A stretch of DNA of 64,000 nt from positions 1,728,001 through 1,792,000 of the forward strand of contig OY843751.1 in the NCBI GenBank assembly GCA_963693055.1. Reading direction: 5' to 3'. This DNA comes from a bacterium (GTDB lineage: Bacteria > Zhuqueibacterota > Zhuqueibacteria > Residuimicrobiales > Krinioviventaceae). Positions within the stretch are counted from its first letter, which is position 1, and each line of letters starts with the position of its first letter. A model generated the notes under the pieces. The model did no database searches and was not told where the DNA came from. It saw only the letters and a program-made list of their open reading frames with translations. Shown here one piece after another: positions 9,109 to 18,559 of the stretch. Made by a program: the position numbers and the translations under genes.

Positions 9109-10317
9109 TTGAATAAATTAATCAAAACCACAGAGCACTATTTAGATACCTTGTGCAATATTATACCAAACCGGGCTGTTGGCAGTACTGGTAACAGAAT
9201 GGCTACGGATTTTTTTCAACAGGAATTGAAAAAGTGGGATTGGAGCATGGAAACGCAGGAATTTGTAGCTATGGATTGGAAAACTGGAGGTGCAGAATTG
9301 TCTGTAAGCGGGCAGTCATTTCAAGTATTTTCTAGTCCCTATTCATTAGGATGTGATGTCACTGCTCCCCTGGTTTGTGCTTCAAATGTTGATCAATTAG
9401 AGACCGTTAAAGCAAAAGGTAATATATTGTTGATGCATGGTGTACTTGCTATGGAACAAATAATGCCGAAAAACTTTATTTTTTATAATCCTGATAATCA
9501 TAAACGAATTGTATCATTATTAGAGAACAGTGGAGCAGCCGCTATCATAACCGCCACAGGGCGCAATTCTGCTCTGGCTGGTGGCGCTTATCCTTTTCCA
9601 TTAATTGAAGATGGTGATTTTAATATTCCATCCGTATATATGACGCATGAGGAAGGAGAACGACTGCTTTTCTTTACAGGCAATGAGGTGAACCTTGTTT
9701 TCAAAGCAGTCCGAATTCCTTCAAGTGGATCTAATGTGATTGGAAAAAGGGGCAAAGGACCCAAAAGAATTGTTGTTACCGCACATATAGATACGAAAAA
9801 GGGAACTCCCGGTGCTATAGATAATGCTACAGGAGTAATTGTTTTACTTTTATTGTCTGAATTGCTCAAAGACTATCATGGAACAACACAAATAGAATTG
9901 ACTGCGCTTAATGGTGAGGATTATTATGCTGTTCCCGGACAAATGGAATATATACGAAAAAATTCAGAAACTTTTAATGATATAATATTGAATGTCAATA
10001 TTGATGGAGCGGGTTACAAGGGGAGTGATATCGCTTTTTCTTTTTTTGATGTTCCTGATAGATTTAAGCGTCCACTTTTAAATATAATGAGCAATTATTT
10101 AGATATTAAAGAAGGTGCTTTATGGCCTCAGGGAGATCACAGTATTTTTGTACAATATGGATGCCCTGCTTTGGCAGTTACCTCGCTCTGGTTTATTGAA
10201 AATATGGAGACACAGGATGTAACCCATACATCAAAAGATAATCCTGCAATTGTTGATTGTAATAAAGTTGTTACTATTGCCAAAGCGATTACAGATTTTA
10301 TTAATGAGATGGGTTAA
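9109..10317 (+). CDS. M28-family metallopeptidase with PA domain
   Basis: AHID, GAIDNATG, GED, NID, GDH motifs; TTG start after AGGAG. Confidence 0.88.
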   Translation: MNKLIKTTEHYLDTLCNIIPNRAVGSTGNRMATDFFQQELKKWDWSMETQEFVAMDWKTGGAELSVSGQSFQVFSSPYSLGCDVTAPLVCASNVDQLETVKAKGNILLMHGVLAMEQIMPKNFIFYNPDNHKRIVSLLENSGAAAIITATGRNSALAGGAYPFPLIEDGDFNIPSVYMTHEEGERLLFFTGNEVNLVFKAVRIPSSGSNVIGKRGKGPKRIVVTAHIDTKKGTPGAIDNATGVIVLLLLSELLKDYHGTTQIELTALNGEDYYAVPGQMEYIRKNSETFNDIILNVNIDGAGYKGSDIAFSFFDVPDRFKRPLLNIMSNYLDIKEGALWPQGDHSIFVQYGCPALAVTSLWFIENMETQDVTHTSKDNPAIVDCNKVVTIAKAITDFINEMG

Positions 10318-10321
10318 AACA

Positions 10322-10357
10322 AAAAAACCTCCAACAAGATTGACCTGCCGGAGGTTT
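10322..10357. terminator. Hairpin between convergent genes
   Basis: AAACCTCC...GGAGGTTT with adjacent A run. Confidence 0.55.
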
Positions 10358-10381
10358 ATGTAGGAGAACAGGAGAGAAAAT

Positions 10382-11098
10382 CTAGTTTTTACCGCCTTTG
10401 CCTCTTGAAGGTGTTGAATCATCAGAGCGTCCAAAACCTACTGTGGTATTTGTTGCTCCACGTCCCAGACAATCTTCCGGGCGGACCCAATCAGAGTCCT
10501 GACCATTGGGGATACCGTCACTGTCATCATCCGGTGCATTGTCGTTGATTCCATCACCGTCTTCGTCAACAAATGCATGCATGCTGCGACCTTTGCCATT
10601 GCCAAAACCGCTTTTGCCGCCAGCTGCTACGTAATCAGCATCCTGACCATTTGGGATTCCATCACCATCAGCATCAGGTGCATTGTCATTATATCCGTCA
10701 CCATCTTCGTCTACAAAACTATTTGCGCCTTGTTTCTGACCATTTCCTGCGGCACTACCCTGACCAGCTTGTGCTACATAATCTTCATCCATGCCATTGG
10801 GGATTCCATCGCCATCTGCATCCGGTGCATTGTCGTTATAGCCGTCACCATCTTCGTCTACAAAGCCTTCACCGGAAATACCCTGACCATAGCCGGAACC
10901 TGTACGGACATAATCTTCATCCATACCATTGGGAATTCCATCGCCATCAGCGTCCGGGGCATTGTCATTGTAGCCATCACCATTGAGGTCCACAAATTTT
11001 ACACCATGTTCAGCGGTTTGTGAAAATACAGAGGTACTTGCAAATGCTGTCATTGCCAAAGCAAGAAGCAGAACGGATAATGTTTTTGATGTTTTCAT
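10382..11098 (-). CDS. Secreted acidic repeat protein with four thrombospondin type-3-like Ca-binding units
   Basis: Signal peptide; 4x FVDxxGDGxNDNAPDxDxDGIPNGxDxD with Gly-rich linkers; AAGGAG RBS. Confidence 0.85.
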   Translation of the reverse strand: MKTSKTLSVLLLALAMTAFASTSVFSQTAEHGVKFVDLNGDGYNDNAPDADGDGIPNGMDEDYVRTGSGYGQGISGEGFVDEDGDGYNDNAPDADGDGIPNGMDEDYVAQAGQGSAAGNGQKQGANSFVDEDGDGYNDNAPDADGDGIPNGQDADYVAAGGKSGFGNGKGRSMHAFVDEDGDGINDNAPDDDSDGIPNGQDSDWVRPEDCLGRGATNTTVGFGRSDDSTPSRGKGGKN

Positions 11099-11151
11099 GA
11101 TGTAACTCCTTTTGTTATGTTAGTTGTTTGTCTGTTTCTGCTTCTGTTTAG

Positions 11152-11166
11152 GCAACTGGCGTGCCA
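11152..11166 (-). promoter_or_regulatory. Sigma54 (-24/-12) promoter
   Basis: Minus strand TGGCAC-GCCAG-TTGC, exact consensus, about 55 bp upstream of ATG 11098. Confidence 0.8.
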
Positions 11167-11402
11167 GAAAAATTTTCCCTATTCAAGTTGCTGTAATTTA
11201 AGGGCTTGTCTGTGTAATGTTATTTTGCTAAAGTTGCATAATTTCGACGTTTTGGTCGAAATTGTCGCCGGTATTGTCAATTTTAAAAATGATTTTTTAA
11301 ATAATTATTTGATTGTTTTGAATCTTTTTGCTACATTATGCGTAGCAAGCTACAGATATAATAGTGATATTTCTTGCTTGTAAAGTAAAAGGAGAATTGT
11401 GA

Positions 11403-12203
11403 ATGAAGTATGAAAATGCAAAATTTGTTTATTTTTCACCAACCGGAACAACCAGGTCAATTGTTCACTCGATAGCAAATGGAATGAAAATCCGTAATAT
11501 AAAATTGATTGATATTTCCCAACCAGAAGCTCGATCTCAATCCATGAACATATTGGAAAATGAATTGTTACTTTTTGCAGTACCTGTTTATATGGGGCGA
11601 ACACCCGCACTGTTGTACGATTTTATCAACTCAATCCATGCTAATAATACACCTGCCGTTTGTGTTGTTGTATACGGAAATCGTGCTTTTGATGATGCAT
11701 TGCTAGAGTTAAAAGATGCATTGGAGGTACGAGGTTGTATTCCATTTGCAGGTGCGGCATTTATTGGTGAACACTCTTTTTCCAGCAATGAATTACCAAC
11801 AGCCCATGGGCGTCCTGATGAAAAAGATTTGAAATATGCTGAGGATTTTGGACGTAAAATACAGCAAAAATTATTCTCACTTGATTCTATTGCTTACCTG
11901 GATTCTATTACCTTTCCTGGAAACAATCCATATGGTGGAGTTACAAAGATATGGGATGTCGATTTTATCAAAGTTGGTAACGAATGTAATCAATGTGGTA
12001 TCTGTGCGGACATGTGTCCTGTTGGTGCTATTGATTTGGAAAAAAGTGATTCGATTGATATAATAAAGTGCATTTCATGTTGTGCCTGCATTAAATATTG
12101 TCCACAAAAAGCCAGGTCAATTAAGGCAAGCCTTGTTAATGATGCTGCTCTGCGGTTACATACATTATATAGTGAACGTAAAGAACCCGAATTTTTTATA
12201 TGA
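11403..12203 (+). CDS. Flavodoxin-like/2x[4Fe-4S] protein (EFR1 type)
   Basis: YFSPTGTT, YGNR, CNQCGICADMCP and CISCCACIKYCP. Confidence 0.88.
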   Translation: MKYENAKFVYFSPTGTTRSIVHSIANGMKIRNIKLIDISQPEARSQSMNILENELLLFAVPVYMGRTPALLYDFINSIHANNTPAVCVVVYGNRAFDDALLELKDALEVRGCIPFAGAAFIGEHSFSSNELPTAHGRPDEKDLKYAEDFGRKIQQKLFSLDSIAYLDSITFPGNNPYGGVTKIWDVDFIKVGNECNQCGICADMCPVGAIDLEKSDSIDIIKCISCCACIKYCPQKARSIKASLVNDAALRLHTLYSERKEPEFFI

Positions 12204-12206
12204 AAA

Positions 12207-12581
12207 ATGGCTCAGGAGCTAATTAAAAAAAGTGAGGAGATGATGTCAATACCAACTCCGGGACAACCGGTTAGAGGATCAAAAACCGGTATCCCTATAA
12301 TGGCACTTTTTGATTTACTTGGCCGGCCCTGGGCCTTGGGAGTCATCTGGCAGTTGCAAAATGGTCCCTTTACATTCAGGGAACTCCAGGAAAGATGTGA
12401 ATCCATTTCTCCTACAATATTAAACAGCAGGATCAAAGATTTACGTAATGCTGATATTGTAGAACGAACACTGGAAGGATATCAACTAACGGAACGTGGT
12501 AAAGAGCTGATTGCTATTATTCGTCCTTTTGGAAAGTGGTCATGGAAATGGGCAAGAGAAGTTTTTGATTATTCTGAATAA
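12207..12581 (+). CDS. HxlR-family winged-helix regulator
   Basis: LLGRPWAL, FRELQ, YQLTERG. Confidence 0.88.
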   Translation: MAQELIKKSEEMMSIPTPGQPVRGSKTGIPIMALFDLLGRPWALGVIWQLQNGPFTFRELQERCESISPTILNSRIKDLRNADIVERTLEGYQLTERGKELIAIIRPFGKWSWKWAREVFDYSE

Positions 12582-12590
12582 CATAAAAAT

Positions 12591-13025
12591 TTGGAGAACA
12601 CAATGGATATTAAAAGTTGTATTGATTTTACAAACGAAAATAAAGTTTGTTATTTGGCAACCACTGAAAATGGTGATCCACGGGTAAGGGCTTTGGGATT
12701 TTGGTTTGCGGATGAAACCGGTTTTTATTTTCAGACCGGTGCTATGAAATCATTGTACAAACAATTATTGAGCAATCCGCAGGTAGAAGCATGTTTTTAC
12801 AAGGCTGTAAGCATGACCGGAAAAATGTTAAGAATTGCAGGGGAAATTGAGTTTATGGAAGATCTGGAATTGAAGGAAAGAGTCATGCAAGAGAGACCCT
12901 TTTTAAAGAATTTTGGTCTCACTGCGCATGATCCTAATCTGATTGTTTTTCGGTTGGAACATGGCCATGCACATTTCTGGACAATGGAAGATAATTTAAA
13001 GCCCAAACAAATGATTGAATTTTAG
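12591..13025 (+). CDS. Pyridoxamine 5'-phosphate oxidase-like FMN-binding protein
   Basis: LAT..PRVR, FYFQT, NPQVEACF; ATG at 12603 is the likely start. Confidence 0.85.
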   Translation: MENTMDIKSCIDFTNENKVCYLATTENGDPRVRALGFWFADETGFYFQTGAMKSLYKQLLSNPQVEACFYKAVSMTGKMLRIAGEIEFMEDLELKERVMQERPFLKNFGLTAHDPNLIVFRLEHGHAHFWTMEDNLKPKQMIEF

Positions 13026-13056
13026 GGTTTGACTTTTATAATAAAATTGAAAATAG

Positions 13057-13905
13057 TTGGTTAAAATTATGATACAGGATATTTCACCACACAATCTGGA
13101 TACCCTTTTTTTAGCTAATCGTAAAATTGAAAATGATGATATTATTTTCAGTTTTAAAGAAAATGCATTGTTGTTTAGGAAACGTGATGGCAGATTAGAG
13201 CTGCCCCGAAAAAAAGAGTTAAACGGTGTTTCAGATGAAACCGATAAAACATTCCTGTTTACACTTGATAGTGTTCCCTGCTATCTTATATGGGATGAAA
13301 TTCAAACAGAAAATACAGGATTTGATTATCTAAATTTGAATTTTTTCAGAGATACAACACAGCAAGAGATAGCATGGGCCAGCCTTGTGGCTTTTCATCT
13401 AAAGAACTGGTATTTAAAAAACACGTATTGCGGTGAATGTGGAACAAAGACAGTGCAAAAATCTGATGAAAGAGCAATCATTTGTCCAAATTGCAATAAT
13501 ACCGTATTTCCCAGGATTGCTCCGGCAGTTATTGCTGCCATTGTTTGTGGTGACAAAATATTGCTCGCACGGGGTGTCAATTTCCCTGGCAGGTGGTATT
13601 CGTTACTTGCAGGATATGTGGATATTGGAGAATCATTAGAAGAAGCATTGATCCGTGAAGTCAAAGAAGAAGTGGGGATTAATATTTGGAATATCCGTTA
13701 TTACAAAAGCCAACCCTGGCCTTTGTCTGGATCTTTGATGATAGGTTTTATAGCAGAAGCGGATGCAACCCAACCGCTTGAGATTGACGCCAAAGAAATA
13801 GCCGATGCTGAATGGTACACCAGAGGAGAACTCCCTGAGCATGCTTTAAAATTGAGTATTGCCGGTGAAATGATTGAAAAGTTTGAAAGAGGTGAGTTAG
13901 GATAG
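13057..13905 (+). CDS. nudC: NAD(H) diphosphatase NudC
   Basis: CGECG/CPNC zinc ribbon, Nudix box GESLEEALIREVKEEVG, SQPWP. Confidence 0.92.
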   Translation: MVKIMIQDISPHNLDTLFLANRKIENDDIIFSFKENALLFRKRDGRLELPRKKELNGVSDETDKTFLFTLDSVPCYLIWDEIQTENTGFDYLNLNFFRDTTQQEIAWASLVAFHLKNWYLKNTYCGECGTKTVQKSDERAIICPNCNNTVFPRIAPAVIAAIVCGDKILLARGVNFPGRWYSLLAGYVDIGESLEEALIREVKEEVGINIWNIRYYKSQPWPLSGSLMIGFIAEADATQPLEIDAKEIADAEWYTRGELPEHALKLSIAGEMIEKFERGELG

Positions 13906-13937
13906 GTATTATATGTTTGCATAGTTATTTATGTTTT

Positions 13938-13976
13938 AAAAATCCCCGGTTGTAAATCTAACCGGGGATTTTTTTT
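13938..13976. terminator. Bidirectional intrinsic terminator
   Basis: AAAAATCCCCGGTT...AACCGGGGATTTTT between convergent genes. Confidence 0.85.
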
Positions 13977-14023
13977 AGCATAACATATCTTACAAGATGA
14001 GGATATGGATAGAATTTTTGTAA

Positions 14024-15661
14024 TTATAGATTTTTTTGATCTGCCTGATCAATTGTTGTATTTTCAATATTGCCCGAGTTGAAAATGGTTATGTTTTTTA
14101 TATCTTTCATTTTAAATGTAGGAATTCCCTTTGCATTCTGTGCCTGGATGAAATTAAATTCAGAATTTTTAACATCGTCAAGTATGAATGCGGGGCGCAT
14201 GTCTTCATTTTCGTATGAGACGTTTACATTATGCAGTTCAATGCCATCAACATGGCGCATATAAAATCCATAGGCCGGGATATCACCATACATGCGGGGA
14301 TCCGGGTAACCATCTTCCATTTCAGGAACCTCAATGTTGCCTTGTTCTTTGGGAGCGCCGCCCTTGACATAAATCTGGATGTTGCTCATTTTTACGTCTG
14401 TAACATCATGGCCGGGAATGCCCATAATGAGCACGCCGTAACGGGGTTCAACATTATGCACAATCACATTGCTGATATTGATACGTCTCATTGTTCCGAT
14501 GGGAGTGTTCTCCGGAGCACGCATGCGTCTACCAACTCGCAGAAAAAAGGGAGCGTTGGTGATATTACGCATGGTGATATTGGAGATAGTTACATCTTCT
14601 AAAATACCACCATCAACGGTTTCAAGTGCCAGGCCGCGGCAGCGATCAAATACACAGTTGGATATGGAAATGTTTCTAAAGCCGCCATTTGATTCCGTAC
14701 CCATTTTAATTCTTCCGGTCATTCCACCTTTGTCAGGTGCAAGTTCCTGAGTGGTTTGGAATGTACCATCCAGAAACGTACCGGGATCATAACCCATAAC
14801 CTGGCAATTGGTAATGCTAAGGTTTTCTGTTGAACGAAACATGCCTAATGCAAATGTACTTTTCAATACAATTGCGTCATCATTTGGTGTATTGACGGTG
14901 CAATTGGAAATACGAACATTATGACAGCAGTCGATATTCAGACCATCGCGATTTGTGTCAATTTTAACATTATCGATAGTCATATTGTCAATACCGGTTG
15001 CAAGAACGCAAAAGTGCCCACACAGTAGAAAGGATACATCTTTGATGATTACATTTCTGCATTGTTTAAGAGCAATAGCCTTGTTTCCATAATCATTGTA
15101 ACGACTGAGATCAACAGGCTGGTCTTCACGAGGACGTTCAGGTCTGGGTCGTTCTTCGCCCGGTTTTTGTTCTCTTTGCTGCTGTTCGCGTGGACTAAAA
15201 GGACGACCACCCCAACGTGAGAGCCCTTTGCTGCCATCAATAAGGCCGGGACCTGTTATGGAAACATTGACCAGATTTTCTCCCCACATCAGACTGTTGC
15301 GCCAGTGACTGTGACCAAAATCCTGATATTTATGCACATCACCCCATTTATTGGTCTCAGGATGATCATAGCCGGGTTGACCTTCGACAGTTTCTGCTGC
15401 CAAAAGAACAGATCCCTGGTCCAGATAAATGGTAATGTTGCTTTTTAAATGTATGGAATAGCTTTTATATGTGCCAGCCGGGAAAAAGACTGTACCGCCA
15501 CCGGCTTTTGATGCCGATTCGATAGCCTTATTGATTGCAGGCGTATCCAGGGTTTGGCCGTCACCAACGGCCCCATAATCTTTGATATTATAAAATGCGG
15601 TACCCGCGTGCAGTGTAGTACAGAACAGGATAATCAGAAATGTAGATATATACTTTTTCAT
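14024..15661 (-). CDS. Glycoside hydrolase family 28 (polygalacturonase/rhamnogalacturonase-like)
   Basis: YGAVGDG, NRDG, NDDAIVLKS, RIKMGTES; signal peptide. Confidence 0.9.
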   Translation of the reverse strand: MKKYISTFLIILFCTTLHAGTAFYNIKDYGAVGDGQTLDTPAINKAIESASKAGGGTVFFPAGTYKSYSIHLKSNITIYLDQGSVLLAAETVEGQPGYDHPETNKWGDVHKYQDFGHSHWRNSLMWGENLVNVSITGPGLIDGSKGLSRWGGRPFSPREQQQREQKPGEERPRPERPREDQPVDLSRYNDYGNKAIALKQCRNVIIKDVSFLLCGHFCVLATGIDNMTIDNVKIDTNRDGLNIDCCHNVRISNCTVNTPNDDAIVLKSTFALGMFRSTENLSITNCQVMGYDPGTFLDGTFQTTQELAPDKGGMTGRIKMGTESNGGFRNISISNCVFDRCRGLALETVDGGILEDVTISNITMRNITNAPFFLRVGRRMRAPENTPIGTMRRINISNVIVHNVEPRYGVLIMGIPGHDVTDVKMSNIQIYVKGGAPKEQGNIEVPEMEDGYPDPRMYGDIPAYGFYMRHVDGIELHNVNVSYENEDMRPAFILDDVKNSEFNFIQAQNAKGIPTFKMKDIKNITIFNSGNIENTTIDQADQKNL

Positions 15662-15686
15662 TTTATTACCTTTCCAAAATAAATCT

Positions 15687-16808
15687 TTATTTTACAAATA
15701 CATCCCAAACCTTGGACATTCGAGATTCACCGGTGGGACCTTGAACATTTAAAACAACAACATATTGTCCCGGTTTTTCATATGTATGACTGGGATTTTG
15801 TTCATTCGATTCGGTCCCATCACCAAAATCCCAATGCCATGATGTGATTTTACCAATGGATTCATCTTTGAACAACACCAGTCGTTTGTTCATATCATAA
15901 ACCAAATGTGACCAATCTGCCTGGAGTTCTTTGGTATATTGCTTTTCCAAAGGCATCAGTTTGAATGCCGCAAGTTGTGATGCATGTCCGTACATGGTGT
16001 GCTGACGTGAAAGGTTCCAGAACCCATTATTACGATGATTGTTTACGTCATCATAGTCAATAATGGCAAAGCAGAGACCGATGATTTTATCTTCCCACAA
16101 TTCAGATTCTATTGCCCGTTGTGGGCCTTCCGGGCCGGCATAATCGAATGGTGTAATCCAGAATTCCAGCACCAGTTTACCGGACTCGCCGGGTTTGAAA
16201 TCATATTTGACACATGCATTTGACCAGGGGAGATCCTTGATCCAGGGTTGTACACCCCAGGCCAGGGTCCAGTCTTTACCTTCAGCAGGTGTAAAAATGT
16301 GATAATTTTGTGCATGTACACCATGCACCGCCCAATTTGATTCGCCTTCACTGATACGATCGTCCTTAATTGCGGCTGCTCCTACCTTTTCGGTTATATA
16401 CATTTCACGATGTTCTTTGTCGATGAGGGGGCCGCCGGAAGCATCTGCATCTATAACAATCTCGAACGTGTCATTATGCAGGCCCGGTTGCGCAAAATCC
16501 CAGTAATCGTCATAGGCTTCATAGAGAAAATAGAGTTTGTTCATGCCTTTGACCCAGCCAACTTTGACTTTAATGTCGAGAGTTGAGGGATCAGGGTTTG
16601 GGTATTTTCCGTTATCATCCACAAGCTGTTGCGTGTCAATGATATAAGATGCGGGTACCATATCCCAATCCGAGATATCACCATCAATACGTGGAATCAT
16701 ATTGGGCGGGAATTGAAAAACCTGAAATGTGGTATCTTGTCTTTCTAATCCCAATACCAGATTGAAGGAAATGAGAGCCAGAATAGATAAAATTTTAATA
16801 AATTTCAT
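15687..16808 (-). CDS. Secreted CBM9-like + PKD domain protein
   Basis: Signal peptide; IDGDISDW; C-terminal WHWDFGDG..HTY..PGQY PKD signature. Confidence 0.75.
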   Translation of the reverse strand: MKFIKILSILALISFNLVLGLERQDTTFQVFQFPPNMIPRIDGDISDWDMVPASYIIDTQQLVDDNGKYPNPDPSTLDIKVKVGWVKGMNKLYFLYEAYDDYWDFAQPGLHNDTFEIVIDADASGGPLIDKEHREMYITEKVGAAAIKDDRISEGESNWAVHGVHAQNYHIFTPAEGKDWTLAWGVQPWIKDLPWSNACVKYDFKPGESGKLVLEFWITPFDYAGPEGPQRAIESELWEDKIIGLCFAIIDYDDVNNHRNNGFWNLSRQHTMYGHASQLAAFKLMPLEKQYTKELQADWSHLVYDMNKRLVLFKDESIGKITSWHWDFGDGTESNEQNPSHTYEKPGQYVVVLNVQGPTGESRMSKVWDVFVK

Positions 16809-16828
16809 TTCTTTTCCCAGATTTATTA

Positions 16829-18496
16829 TTATTCAAATCGATACAATTTGACTTTTTGGATTGATGGAACAGCCTGAAATTTTAGACCCGTACCGGTTCT
16901 GTTTTCAGCGGCTCTTGCACCAAGATCATAATCAACCATAATGGCATCACCATTTAAACGGCGTCCGGCAATCCATTTTCCGTTTTCAAAAACACCTTCT
17001 TCAACGCAATCAAGGCCTGCAACTGCCGGTCCTTGAGATGCGGGTAAAAATGTGATATGTACATTTGATCCTGCAGCAAAAAACTCGTCTTTACCGGAAG
17101 CTATGATCAATCCATATCCGCTTTCAACAGCTTCGCCTGAACGCCAGTTGCTTGCCAGGGCTATTGTAACCATGTATCCGCCGAGAGTAATGGATTGTTT
17201 GGGATTGGCACTGTTGAGGATTACACTGGAGATATTTCCACTGCTTTGGGCCCTAAGAATGCTGGGTTGTAATTGTGTCAGTACCTTGTATGCTTGCGCA
17301 AATGGATTATCGGATGTATTGTTCATTCTACCATCAATGCCAAAAGGAGAGTAACCTATTGCACTACATGCTCCCACGGCATAAAAAGCGTTAGCGGCAC
17401 CCGCATAACCGGAAAATGATTCAGGTATAAACAATGGTGTGCCTGAGCGCATATATTGCGCGCAAATATCTGTAAACTCGGGTAGATAAATGTCAGGGGC
17501 AAGAATGTCTATATGTTCTGCGGCTGCTTTCCAAACATCGTGAACATGGGCCTGTGGTCCACCACTTGGATAATCGCCGGGGCGCTTGTCTTGGGGTTGA
17601 ACGATCCATGCGTTTACAAACATGGGGAGTGGATATTCTTTTTTACCCATTTCCGCAAGTTTATCTATGAATGAGGCATAATTCCAGGCCATGAACAGTT
17701 CTTCTACAGCGGGACCGCCACCAAAAACATCACTCCAGCTTCCTTTGGTTTTATAACCGGTTGTTGACCAGGTCTTGATTAATTCGGGAGCCAGGTTGTT
17801 TTTATTTTTTGATAAATAATTCATCAATTTAGTGGGTACAGGTGCGGTAAAACTTTTTTCAGCTTCCGGAGAATAATCACGTGTTTCTCCAATAATGCCA
17901 ACTTCATTTTGTACCTGTACCATAATAACAGTATTTTCCTGAGAATCAATTTCTTTGATATGTTTCATGAATGCAGTAAAAGCTTTGAGGTCTGCCTGTA
18001 AGGTATTTTCACTCACGGGAGTCAGGATCTCTAACGCTTTACCACTCGCTGTTTTTACATGCGGAAAACGTTTGTAATCTGCTTTTACCCAATCCGGGAT
18101 ATAATGTGATTGTCCATTTTTCCAGCTTCCAAACCAGAGCAGTACAAGCTTTAAATCATTTTCTCTTGCCTGTTTGATCATACCATCCATTAATGTATAA
18201 TCGTATTGACCTTCAACCGGCTCAAACTGGTCCCATGATACAACTGCGAGTACCGTGTTCAGGTTCATGGCTTTTAATTGCGGGAAAATAGGTGCATGGT
18301 AGTCTAGGTTTGAAGCAGATGAGTTATGTAATTCGCCCCCCAATACAAGCCAGGGTTGATCATTTACGATCAATTGAACGGCTTGCCCTCTTTTTTCAAG
18401 GCGGGGTATAGTTTGAGCATTTGCAAAGATACCTGCTAAAACGAGAAACAAGAATATGGTTTGAAACTTGAATTTTATAAAATTGTACTTTTTCAT
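16829..18496 (-). CDS. GH35-like beta-galactosidase with DUF5597
   Basis: GGELHNSS, WFGSWKNG, VQVQNE, YPSGGP, APDIY, RRLNGD. Confidence 0.88.
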   Translation of the reverse strand: MKKYNFIKFKFQTIFLFLVLAGIFANAQTIPRLEKRGQAVQLIVNDQPWLVLGGELHNSSASNLDYHAPIFPQLKAMNLNTVLAVVSWDQFEPVEGQYDYTLMDGMIKQARENDLKLVLLWFGSWKNGQSHYIPDWVKADYKRFPHVKTASGKALEILTPVSENTLQADLKAFTAFMKHIKEIDSQENTVIMVQVQNEVGIIGETRDYSPEAEKSFTAPVPTKLMNYLSKNKNNLAPELIKTWSTTGYKTKGSWSDVFGGGPAVEELFMAWNYASFIDKLAEMGKKEYPLPMFVNAWIVQPQDKRPGDYPSGGPQAHVHDVWKAAAEHIDILAPDIYLPEFTDICAQYMRSGTPLFIPESFSGYAGAANAFYAVGACSAIGYSPFGIDGRMNNTSDNPFAQAYKVLTQLQPSILRAQSSGNISSVILNSANPKQSITLGGYMVTIALASNWRSGEAVESGYGLIIASGKDEFFAAGSNVHITFLPASQGPAVAGLDCVEEGVFENGKWIAGRRLNGDAIMVDYDLGARAAENRTGTGLKFQAVPSIQKVKLYRFE

Positions 18497-18559
18497 TTCT
18501 CAGGTCCTCCAAAAGTAAAATTTAACGGGGTGGAGAAATCCACCCCAAAGATTTAATCA

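Noticed and set aside
10480-11000. Tandem DNA repeats as a CRISPR array
   Set aside because: Repeats are about 85 bp, in frame, vary at synonymous positions and encode protein repeats; no cas genes
10573-11023. His-rich and Ile-rich ORFs on the plus strand
   Set aside because: Antisense shadows of the Asp/Gly repeat gene
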